Position numbers and translations under genes: made by a program. DNA of 64,000 nt from a virus, in the IMG/VR virus record IMGVR_UViG_3300020183_000015, positions 1-64,000 of that record. One strand, written 5' to 3'. The notes below the pieces were generated by a model that saw only the letters and a list, made by a program, of their open reading frames with translations, was not told the DNA's origin and made no database searches. The first letter of the stretch is position 1; each line of letters begins with the position of its first letter. Positions 29,601 through 36,825 of the stretch are shown here, piece by piece.

Positions 29601-31788
29601 AACTTCAGGTACAAACGGGACAAATGGTACTAGCGGAACTAACGGTACTTCAGGTGTTAACGGAACAAGTGGTACAAATGGAACTAGCGGAACGTCAGGA
29701 ACAAATGGTACTTCAGGTGTTAACGGAACAAGTGGTACTAATGGTACATCAGGAACGAATGGAACCAGCGGAATGAATGGTACTTCAGGAACAAATGGTA
29801 CAAATGGAACTAGCGGAACAAATGGTACATCAGGAACGAATGGAACTAGCGGAACTAACGGTACTTCAGGTGTTAACGGAACAAGTGGTACAAATGGAAC
29901 CAACGGTACAAATGGATCTTCAGGAACAAGTGGTGGAGGTGGAGGTGGTTGTTTAACCGAAAATACTTTAATTGCATCAAATTCAGGTAGTTTCAATATT
30001 CGTATACAAGATGATCGTAGTACGGAATTTCTTTTTATGGGAAATTCGGAATGTGGTTGGAATGGTTGTTATTGGGACAACGGATCTTCATTTGGTTTAG
30101 CACCAAGACCTATTAGAGGTTCGGAAAGTTGGTTTGGTGTACCTTCACCAGTTGACGTAAGATCAGGAGATAGTATTAGATTATGTGGAAACATATATTG
30201 GGAAACCCCTTCTGAAACAAGTTATACACCTTCGTTTGTCGTTTCTTTATATTATTACCAATGTAATGATTTAGGAGACTTTATACCACTTACCTCAGTT
30301 ATATCACCAACATATTATACTTGGACTTCGGATTGGTTATGTTTTGATGTTTCACATACTTTTACGGAATATAAAAATGCTTGTGATGTATTTTTTGTTG
30401 TAGGGTTTAATATGATACAAGATAGTCCTGATGCAGCAAACCCAAGATTCACATATACATTAAATTATGAAAAAGATTGTTCAATTCCTGATGGTGAATT
30501 TTATGTTTTAAGAAACTGTTGTGAACCTACTGTAACAGAAATTATAGTAGGAAACGGTCTTACACTTGGTACTTTTTGGAGTGACGCTCAAGGTAACTGT
30601 TGGGAAATAGAAAGTACTAGTTTCACGGCACCAAATAGTTTTAGAACATTAGTTAATAATTACGCAAGTTGTGCGGATTGTATTTCTTCTAATGAATGTC
30701 CTGATAATGCAGTTATAAGTAGTTGTTGTGTTGAGGGAGTAGAATTTGTGACAGGATCTTTAGGTTTAACAATAGGTGACACTTTTGTTGATGATGACGG
30801 TTTATGTTGGGAAGTACTTACAGGGACAACCGCACCTGTAACTGCACCAACAATTACAATTGGAACAACTGGATATACCGATTGTGATGATTGTGAGGTT
30901 ACAAACCCTTGTCCTGAATTTTGGCTAATTGAGTCTTGTTGTAAAAATCTACCATCTGAAGTCATATCAATTCCTGCAGGAACTGTTTCGAATAGTCAAA
31001 CATGGATAGACTCAGATGGATACTGTTGGGCAATTGGTAGCAAAACAAATTCATTACCAACAAATTACGACATAACTTTAGTAACACAATATTCGTCTGT
31101 TCGTGATTGTACGGAATGTAATGATGATAACCCTTGTCCTGAAGTTATTTACACAACAATAAGACAATGTTGTGACCCGCTTCAAGTTGAAACTTTTTCA
31201 GCATATACAACTATTTCAGTAGGTTCAATAATCCAAGATATTAATGGTATTTGTTGGGAAGTAGTCGGGTGGGCATTTACTGGAACAATAACAATTGAAC
31301 CACCTTTAGTTTTCAAAAGTTATTCTACTTGTGAAAATTGCTTAATAACGGTAAACGGATGTCCTGATTATTATTTATTCTCAGCATGTTGTGAAACAGG
31401 ATTTACAGAAATTGCATACGGTGTGTTTATTACAGGTGCAACATACCAAGCATTTCCAAGTAGTAACTGTTATACTTGTGTATCTCTAACTACTGGTACA
31501 CCTACAATGAATTTTTGGTTTAGCCTGCATTTTGAATCTTGTGAGGATTGTATCGAAACATATCCATGTTCTTATGTTGAGATTTCAGATTGTTGTGGAT
31601 TATTACCCAATAAAATAGTCTATAATGATGGAAATTCTATTTTAAATGGTACTTTCTACGACAGTACAAGTGATAATTGTTGGTCTTTTGTTAGTTACAC
31701 TACAGGGCCTGCAACTTTAACTTTAGGTACGATTACTCCATATCTTGATTGTGATGTATGTATTTCTTTTAACGCATGTACAGCATAG
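23617..31788 (+). CDS. Giant collagen-like (Gly-Thr-Asn/Ser)n fibre protein with Cys-repeat C-terminus
   Basis: 2723-aa ORF: ~180-aa N-domain (RRRLGMLVYV), Gly-X-Y tract, GGGGGG linker, globular domain and six Cys modules. Confidence 0.85.
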   Translation: MSGLYQNPITPISVLGPSSVPRIKPFGTNFSVVGVGGYMEVYNLSDLYFTVPLSTTGSIENSGNTIPIQFSKGTGSSFSPDVLTLNSDNISSGRRRLGMLVYVYETDTFYQYHINNYQTLWSNATGSTGLGGPTVVISNFGTTIKSNSPSGIQFINQWLSNKIEGISGETASTAVWRLFGVSGATGTSGTSGTNGSSGTSGTNGTSGTSGTNGTSGTNGTNGTSGIDGFSGTSGTNGTSGTNGTSGIDGFSGTSGTNGTSGTNGTSGTNGTNGSSGTNGASGTNGTSGINGTNGTSGTNGTSGTNGTSGIDGFSGTSGTNGTSGINGTSGTNGTNGTSGTNGTSGTNGTSGTNGTNGSSGINGTNGSSGTSGTNGTSGTNGTSGTNGTSGTSGTNGTSGTNGTNGTSGTNGTSGTNGTSGTNGTSGTSGTNGTSGTNGTSGTNGTSGTNGTSGTNGTSGTNGTNGTSGTNGTNGTNGTSGTNGTSGTNGTSGTSGSSGTNGTSGTNGTNGTSGINGTNGTSGTNGTNGTSGTNGTNGTSGTNGTSGTNGTNGTSGTNGTNGTSGTNGTSGTNGTSGSSGTNGTSGTNGTSGSSGTNGTSGSSGTNGTSGTNGTSGTSGSSGTNGTSGTNGTSGTNGTSGTNGTNGTSGTNGTSGTNGTNGTSGTNGTSGTNGTNGTSGSSGTNGTSGTNGTSGANGTSGTNGTNGTSGTNGTSGTNGTSGTNGTNGTSGTNGTNGTSGTNGTSGTNGTSGTNGTNGTSGTNGTSGTNGTNGTSGTNGTSGTNGTSGTNGTNGTSGTNGTNGTSGTNGTSGTNGTSGTNGTSGTNGTSGSSGTNGTSGSSGTNGTSGTNGTSGSSGSSGTNGTSGSSGISGSSGTNGTNGTSGSSGTNGTSGTNGTSGSSGTNGTSGTNGTSGSSGTNGTSGTNGTSGTNGTSGSSGSSGINGTSGTNGTSGSSGTNGTSGTNGTSGSSGTNGTSGTNGTSGSSGTNGTSGTNGTSGTNGTNGTSGTNGTSGTNGTNGSSGTDGTSGTNGTSGTNGTSGTNGTNGTSGTNGTNGTSGTNGTNGTSGTNGTSGTNGTNGSSGTNGTSGTNGTSGTNGTNGTSGTNGTSGTNGTNGTSGTNGTDGTSGTSGTNGTNGTSGTNGTSGTNGTSGSSGTNGSSGTNGTSGTNGTNGTSGTNGTSGTNGTSGVNGTSGTNGTSGSSGTNGTSGSSGTNGTSGTNGTSGSSGTNGTSGTDGTSGTSGTNGTSGTNGTSGSSGTNGTSGSSGTNGTSGTNGTNGTSGTNGTNGTSGTNGTNGTSGTNGTNGTNGSSGTNGTNGTNGTSGTNGTNGTSGTNGTSGTNGTNGTSGTNGTSGTNGTNGTSGTNGTNGTSGTNGSSGTNGTNGTSGTNGTNGTNGSSGTNGTSGTNGTSGTNGTSGTNGTSGTNGTNGTSGTNGTSGTNGTNGSSGTNGTSGNNGTSGTNGTNGTSGTNGTNGTNGTSGTNGTSGTNGTNGTSGTNGTSGTNGTNGSSGTNGTSGTNGTSGSSGTNGTNGTSGSSGTNGTSGTNGTSGSSGTNGTSGSSGTNGTSGSSGSSGTNGTSGSSGTNGTSGSSGTNGTSGTNGTSGTNGTNGTSGTNGTNGTSGTNGTSGTNGTNGTSGTNGTNGTSGTNGTSGTNGTSGTNGTNGTNGTSGTNGTSGTNGTSGTNGTNGTSGTNGTSGTNGTNGTSGTNGTSGTNGTSGTNGTNGTSGTNGTSGTNGTSGINGTSGTNGTNGTSGTNGTNGTNGTSGTNGTSGTNGTNGTNGTSGTNGTNGTSGTNGTSGTNGTSGTNGTSGTNGTNGTSGTNGTNGTSGTNGTSGTNGTSGTNGTSGTNGTNGTSGTNGTSGTNGTNGTSGTNGASGTNGTSGTSGTNGTNGTSGTNGTSGTNGTNGTSGTNGTSGTNGTNGTSGTNGTSGTNGTNGTSGTNGTNGTSGTNGTSGTNGTSGTNGTNGTSGTNGTSGTNGTSGTNGTNGTSGTNGTSGTNGTSGTNGTNGTSGTNGTSGVNGTSGTNGTSGTSGTNGTSGVNGTSGTNGTSGTNGTSGMNGTSGTNGTNGTSGTNGTSGTNGTSGTNGTSGVNGTSGTNGTNGTNGSSGTSGGGGGGCLTENTLIASNSGSFNIRIQDDRSTEFLFMGNSECGWNGCYWDNGSSFGLAPRPIRGSESWFGVPSPVDVRSGDSIRLCGNIYWETPSETSYTPSFVVSLYYYQCNDLGDFIPLTSVISPTYYTWTSDWLCFDVSHTFTEYKNACDVFFVVGFNMIQDSPDAANPRFTYTLNYEKDCSIPDGEFYVLRNCCEPTVTEIIVGNGLTLGTFWSDAQGNCWEIESTSFTAPNSFRTLVNNYASCADCISSNECPDNAVISSCCVEGVEFVTGSLGLTIGDTFVDDDGLCWEVLTGTTAPVTAPTITIGTTGYTDCDDCEVTNPCPEFWLIESCCKNLPSEVISIPAGTVSNSQTWIDSDGYCWAIGSKTNSLPTNYDITLVTQYSSVRDCTECNDDNPCPEVIYTTIRQCCDPLQVETFSAYTTISVGSIIQDINGICWEVVGWAFTGTITIEPPLVFKSYSTCENCLITVNGCPDYYLFSACCETGFTEIAYGVFITGATYQAFPSSNCYTCVSLTTGTPTMNFWFSLHFESCEDCIETYPCSYVEISDCCGLLPNKIVYNDGNSILNGTFYDSTSDNCWSFVSYTTGPATLTLGTITPYLDCDVCISFNACTA
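24154..29931 (+). repeat. Gly-X-Y coding repeat (9-nt period), about 642 triplets
   Basis: First Gly codon at 24154 and last at 29923 are exactly 641x9 nt apart; dominated by GTN, GTS and GSS. Confidence 0.95.
30499..31785 (+). repeat. Six tandem ~70-aa Cys modules (CC...C[WY]...CxxC...C)
   Basis: NCC/SCC/SCC/QCC/ACC/DCC, each followed by C[WY] and CxxC...C in the translation. Confidence 0.85.
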
Positions 31789-31827
31789 AAATAAAAAACC
31801 TCACCTTTTAAGTTGGGTTTTTTATTT
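31789..31827. terminator. Bidirectional terminator-like inverted repeat
   Basis: aaataaaaaacc ... ggttttttattt between convergent genes. Confidence 0.65.
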
Positions 31828-34751
31828 TATTTTCTATTATCAATATAAATTATGACTTCACAATACCACTCAATAAAATGTTCATTCCATAAATCCCATT
31901 TTATATCTACACCATCTACTGAGTAAACTTCATAGTTATCAAATAGTGGTAAGATGTTATCTCTGAACCATCTGAATTTACATTTGTGAAAATTCTCATC
32001 ATCTCTTAAATGAAACTCAGTAACTATTTTTGGTACAGTTTTTAAAAACTCAATGTTTGATGGTTGAAAAACATCATACTCACCTCCCTCACAATCACAT
32101 TTCAAAAAATCGATTTTTTCAATGTTATTGTCATCTAAGAATTCTTTAAAACTAAATGTTGGTACACTTTCAGAAATGTTGTCCCAACTGATTTCTATTT
32201 TCTTTTTATCTGTAATTGCCCCTTGAATTATTTTTACATTTTCTCGACCAACATTTTTTTTCAATACCTCAACTTGATATGATAAAGGTTCCACAACAAA
32301 ACATTGTTTAGGATTTTTTGGTAATATTGAATATGTAAACGGCCCTAAAGAAGCCCCCAAATCTACAACAACATCCCCCTCCTCAACCTGAAAAATTCTT
32401 TCATAGATATTACCCTCAAATATTTCTTTGGTTACGGCATTTACATACCATTCACTTTTCTTTCCCCAATCAAATGAATGGTCGTTAAAATTTTTGTTCA
32501 TTAATTTTTTATTTATTATTTTGTTTATTTCAAAAATAACCATTTCGGATGTTATTTGTTTTGTACATTCAAACATCCTTTCAGTTTCTTTATGTAATGG
32601 ACACCAATTCCAGTCACCCGCGTCTAATCTTTCTTTATTGAAACATCCATGACAGACGTTTTCATTTATTACCCGATAAGTGTCCAAAGTAGTTTCTGTC
32701 CATTTTTCACTAAAACCTGAAATCAAAACAATTGGTAGTTCGCAAGCCCATGCTAACCATGACAACCCTGACCCAAGACCAACAAAAAATTCACAAGTTG
32801 ACAGATCGTCAATAACTTCTTGTAAATCACCTCCTTTGAATATTTTTACACCTTTTGGGTAATTGTTATTCATGTAACTATCTCCTTCTCTTGAGTAAAT
32901 CATACATTCATATCCTTGTAATGTGAGATAATCAACAACTTCTTGCCAACCATTTGGGTTGTTCCAATATTTTGCCTGTGCCGTTGAGTGAAATCCAATA
33001 CCAACCTTTTTTTGTTTTTTTACTTTTGGTAAATTTAATTTGGGTCTAATTTCTGTATAATCTAATCCTAAGATGTCACTAGCTGTTTTTTGAAGTGGGT
33101 GACTTTTAACATCGAATTTGTGATTATTTAAATTAATTTCCCCGTCGTCTTTATAAAACCACCCTAATTTGTATTGTGCATAAACGTTATAAACAAGTTC
33201 ACCAGGTTCTACAAATTCAATATCGGGGTATTGATCTTCAAACAAGAAGTTCATAAATGTAGAAACTATTAGTTCACAGTCGTGTTTTTTTCTAAACTCC
33301 TCACAATATGGAAACCAAGCCATTGTATCACCCAATGATTTAGAACCAAATGAAATATAAACCCTACGACCTTTTAAATCTAAAGTGTTTTCATAAATCA
33401 ATTCATTGTTCTCTCTAATTTCAGTTTTCCATTTTGTGTAATATTCTCTATTAAGTTTTACCCAATGATTTATTTTTGATTTATTGTAATATATTAAATC
33501 TTCTCCATCAAAATATTTAATTTCAAAATCATTGTCACTTTCACCTAAGACTTCTAAAAATGGATTAACAACAAAATGTTGATTAATCACATAATCATTT
33601 TTTATTTTAAAATTTGAAACAAACGGTGACTCCATAACTTTATTATAGAAACTCAACAATTGAGTACCAAAATCTTTTTCTATTTTCAACTTGTAACTAT
33701 TAGTTTCTGAAATTAAATTTAATAAGTCGTTTTTAATTTGTTCGGGATTATTACTAGATATTGGATAAATGTAATTTGAAAACATATTCACATACTGAGG
33801 AAGATCTCTTGCTAATATCTTCAAACCATAATTTATTGATTCTCTAATAACTAAAGGATTACATTCCCAAGTAGAATTAAACATTAAAGCGTCAGACGCA
33901 ATCATAAATTTCTCAACGTCATTTCTTTCGCCCCAAACAGTTACATTACTTGGTAAACTATCCATTATAGGTTTCCAATAATCTTCAAAATTTGGCGCTT
34001 GATTTCCAATGAAATGAAAATGAATATCAGGATGAGAATTTTCTAAAAGTCTTGCAACCTCAACTCCTTCTTTTTGATTTTTACCTGATGTCCATAACCC
34101 AACATTTATTATGTGTGTTTTCATAGAGTCCAATCCCAATTCATTTCTTACCTCAATTTTTTTCAAAAGTGGAACTTTATGATCGTCATAAAATATTTCT
34201 AATTCATTCAGAATTGGTTTAACCTTATCTTCATATGGATAAATTATTAAATCTTTAGGTGATACCGTATTTTTAAATGAAACTTCGCCGTGGTAAGGTG
34301 TTACAAAACAATAATAATCAGGATTTAATCTTTTGTTGTTGTTACCATCAAACCAAATGTTATGACATGTCTCAACAATTTTATATGATCTTGAGTTATC
34401 ATAAAGTTCATTTAACAACTCAAAAGGTATTTTATTAAAACTCTCAAACGCCTCAGGTAATTCTTCTGAATGAACAATATCAATATTATTTTCTTTTATA
34501 ATTTTTATAAGATTATATTTTTTTTCGGTTTCTGTTGTACCACCCAACGAATAAAAATGATCTTTACCCAATAACTCTATGATTTTATTTCTTTGGACAA
34601 TGTATGTGTCACTAAATTGTGAATATTCGATCAAAAAAATCTCAATCTCATCTTTGTATTTTTGTAGTAATTCAATTCTTTTTAAAACAAATTGTGGCAT
34701 TCCACCAGTTGATAGGTGGGGTGTTAAGTATAACAATCTAATCTTTTTCAT
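31827..34751 (-). CDS. Three-domain fusion: GT4-like glycosyltransferase, AAH/TibC-type autotransporter O-heptosyltransferase and FkbM methyltransferase
   Basis: PHLSTGGMPQ...KNQ...ECNPLVIRE (GT4); SLGDTMAWFPY, STAQAKYWNNPNGW, FVGLGSGLSWLAWA, CHGC...WCP...FEC (BAHT with Cys4 finger); VDLGASLG...KCDCEGGE (FkbM). Confidence 0.85.
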   Translation of the reverse strand: MKKIRLLYLTPHLSTGGMPQFVLKRIELLQKYKDEIEIFLIEYSQFSDTYIVQRNKIIELLGKDHFYSLGGTTETEKKYNLIKIIKENNIDIVHSEELPEAFESFNKIPFELLNELYDNSRSYKIVETCHNIWFDGNNNKRLNPDYYCFVTPYHGEVSFKNTVSPKDLIIYPYEDKVKPILNELEIFYDDHKVPLLKKIEVRNELGLDSMKTHIINVGLWTSGKNQKEGVEVARLLENSHPDIHFHFIGNQAPNFEDYWKPIMDSLPSNVTVWGERNDVEKFMIASDALMFNSTWECNPLVIRESINYGLKILARDLPQYVNMFSNYIYPISSNNPEQIKNDLLNLISETNSYKLKIEKDFGTQLLSFYNKVMESPFVSNFKIKNDYVINQHFVVNPFLEVLGESDNDFEIKYFDGEDLIYYNKSKINHWVKLNREYYTKWKTEIRENNELIYENTLDLKGRRVYISFGSKSLGDTMAWFPYCEEFRKKHDCELIVSTFMNFLFEDQYPDIEFVEPGELVYNVYAQYKLGWFYKDDGEINLNNHKFDVKSHPLQKTASDILGLDYTEIRPKLNLPKVKKQKKVGIGFHSTAQAKYWNNPNGWQEVVDYLTLQGYECMIYSREGDSYMNNNYPKGVKIFKGGDLQEVIDDLSTCEFFVGLGSGLSWLAWACELPIVLISGFSEKWTETTLDTYRVINENVCHGCFNKERLDAGDWNWCPLHKETERMFECTKQITSEMVIFEINKIINKKLMNKNFNDHSFDWGKKSEWYVNAVTKEIFEGNIYERIFQVEEGDVVVDLGASLGPFTYSILPKNPKQCFVVEPLSYQVEVLKKNVGRENVKIIQGAITDKKKIEISWDNISESVPTFSFKEFLDDNNIEKIDFLKCDCEGGEYDVFQPSNIEFLKTVPKIVTEFHLRDDENFHKCKFRWFRDNILPLFDNYEVYSVDGVDIKWDLWNEHFIEWYCEVIIYIDNRK

Positions 34752-34786
34752 GGATAAAAAATAAGTTTATAGTTGGTAAACTAAAG

Positions 34787-34794
34787 TATTTATA
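34787..34794 (+). promoter_or_regulatory. Putative late promoter TATTTATA
   Basis: 12 nt upstream of the ATG at 34807. Confidence 0.6.
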
Positions 34795-34806
34795 GAATAA
34801 AGAAAA

Positions 34807-35808
34807 ATGCCAAATTCAATAAAATACTCTACAACAGGAGATACCCAATCAATAAAAAAGGGTAATTTATATTTTGGTGTTGGGGATGTTCCAAAAGGGC
34901 CAAGTGCCGACACCAACTATTACAATGGTATTACTCCTGCAACTAATGGGTATACTGTTTATAGATATGAACCAACTGAAAATAGTAAATTGGCATTTTA
35001 TATCAACCCAACATGATCTGATTTGGTGACGTACACAAACAATTTTTTAAATCAAGATTTCTCAACGGCAACTGAATGTGTTAATTAGTTTAACACTCAA
35101 ACTAATTACGTATGTGTCAACAAAGATTATGACCCAATTATAACTTCAGGTTTGACTCTTTGTTTAGATGCTTCATTTACACCATCATATTTTACATCAG
35201 GGAATACATGTTACGATTTATCATATAATTCTTTATCCACAACATTAGTCAATGGGCCAACTTTTGATTCGGCTAATGGGGGATCTTTGTTGTTTGATGG
35301 TACTAATGATCAATGTGTTGTTACCTCAAATGGTTTTGGGACATTCAATAATCAAAAATACACAATAGAAGCTTGAGTAAAATTCACAAGTAATAGTGGT
35401 GACATCCCAATCTTTAGTTATGACTTCACAAGTTTTAACCCACCATATTACTCAGTACACCTTAGAAACACAGGAACAGGTCAGATTTTTTTGGGTTGGA
35501 ATATGGGTGGATTTGGTTCGAGTATTCAAACAGGAGGTACCGTAATTACTGCAGGTAATTGGTATTATGTTGTCGGTGTAGTTGAAAGTGGTAGACAACA
35601 AATTTATGTAAACAACGGTTTGTATGCTTTCGGATCTCAAACAGGGACAATAACTTATTATAACACCCCAGTATATGTTGGTTATTTCCCAAACGCACCT
35701 TTGGTTATGTATGGAAACATTGCGGTGGTTAGAGTTTATAATAGAGCATTTTTATCATCTGAAGTGGCACAAAATTGGAATGCACAAAAATCAAGGTTTG
35801 GATATTAA
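34807..35808 (+). pseudogene. LamG/ConA-like lectin-domain virion protein interrupted by three in-frame stops
   Basis: ORFs 34807, 35152 and 35491 share one frame; reading through TGA 35014, TAG 35086 and TGA 35374 gives one 333-codon LamG protein (GLTLCLDA, NGPTF, FDGTND, WYYVVG, IYVN, GNIAVVRVYNRA, QNWNAQKSRFG). Confidence 0.85.
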
Positions 35809-35850
35809 AAAAGATAGATTTTATACCATTTTGATTTATATTTTTTTATA

Positions 35851-36783
35851 ATGAAAAATATTTGTATTGATGTTACGGGTTGTAGAGCTTTGGGAGATAC
35901 TTTATGCGTTACACCAGTTGTTAGAAAAATATGTCAAACTTATGATAAAAAAGTCACGGTAATATCTCACCACCCTGAATTATTCTCCAACTCTCCTTAT
36001 GTTGAAAACAGCTTCGGGTATGACACAACTATATTGAATTGGCTAAAAGACAATTGCGAAGTTCTTTCAACTTTTGATGTTTCATACAAAGAAAATGGTG
36101 TTTGTAACAAACATAATGTTATGGACATCAGACAACTTCACGCAATAAATTTAGGATTCATGTTAACAAAACATGAAATGACCTTAGATTATTTCCCGAA
36201 AGATGTGATACTTCTAGATCTACCAAAAAAATATGTTTTAATACATCCTGTACAAAATTGGAACTCAAGAACTTGGTCTACCAAAAATTGGCAAATATTA
36301 ACCCAACTTTTAAATGAAAAAGGAATTCATGTTATTTCTATTGGAAAAGATTCTTCTGAGTTAGGAGGGTCAAATGTTGATAAACCAGTTTTCAACTTCC
36401 CAATTAAACTCGGATATAACTTAATGAATCAAACTACTTTGGATCAAACTTGGCACCTCATAAATAATTCGTCTTGTTTTGTTACCATGGATTCAGGTCT
36501 TTTACATTTAGCAGGAACAACTGACTGTGAAATATTACAATTAGGTAGCTCAATAAATCCTGAGTTTAGGTCACCATATCGAAACGGATCTCAAGAATAC
36601 AAATATCGTTACGTAATAGGTGGGTGTCAACTACATTGCGCTTCTGACATGAAGTACGGAGTTAGAGAATGGGGTTCCATTCAAGGGGTGCCTTCATTGG
36701 TTGATTGTTTAGAAAAAAAAGAATCGTTCGAGTGTCATCCTCAAGTAATACAAGTTTATAAAAAAATATTAGAGATAATTTAA
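35851..36783 (+). CDS. Glycosyltransferase family 9 (heptosyltransferase-like)
   Basis: ALGDTLCVTP, VLIHP...SRTW, FVTMDSGLLHLAG and a C-terminal Cys cluster. Confidence 0.85.
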   Translation: MKNICIDVTGCRALGDTLCVTPVVRKICQTYDKKVTVISHHPELFSNSPYVENSFGYDTTILNWLKDNCEVLSTFDVSYKENGVCNKHNVMDIRQLHAINLGFMLTKHEMTLDYFPKDVILLDLPKKYVLIHPVQNWNSRTWSTKNWQILTQLLNEKGIHVISIGKDSSELGGSNVDKPVFNFPIKLGYNLMNQTTLDQTWHLINNSSCFVTMDSGLLHLAGTTDCEILQLGSSINPEFRSPYRNGSQEYKYRYVIGGCQLHCASDMKYGVREWGSIQGVPSLVDCLEKKESFECHPQVIQVYKKILEII

Positions 36784-36825
36784 TAAGGACCAAATTACTT
36801 TACAAAGTATTTATTGTAAAGTTGT

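Noticed and set aside
24154-29931. CRISPR array or non-coding satellite
   Set aside because: 9-nt periodicity with synonymous variation inside an open frame; no constant repeat with unique spacers.
24084-29996. 1970-aa minus-strand ORF (VPLVPF repeats) and the off-frame plus-strand ORFs at 24359-29776
   Set aside because: Shadow frames of the GTN/GTS repeat, whose codons rarely give stops in other frames; no independent start context or domain.
23617-31788. Ice-nucleation protein (InaZ-like)
   Set aside because: Lacks the AGYGSTxT 8/16/48-residue periodicity; the period is 3 with invariant Gly. Ice binding is not excluded but has no direct support.
34807-35808. Diversity-generating retroelement target
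   Set aside because: No reverse transcriptase or template repeat in the window, and the apparent changes are at G rather than A.
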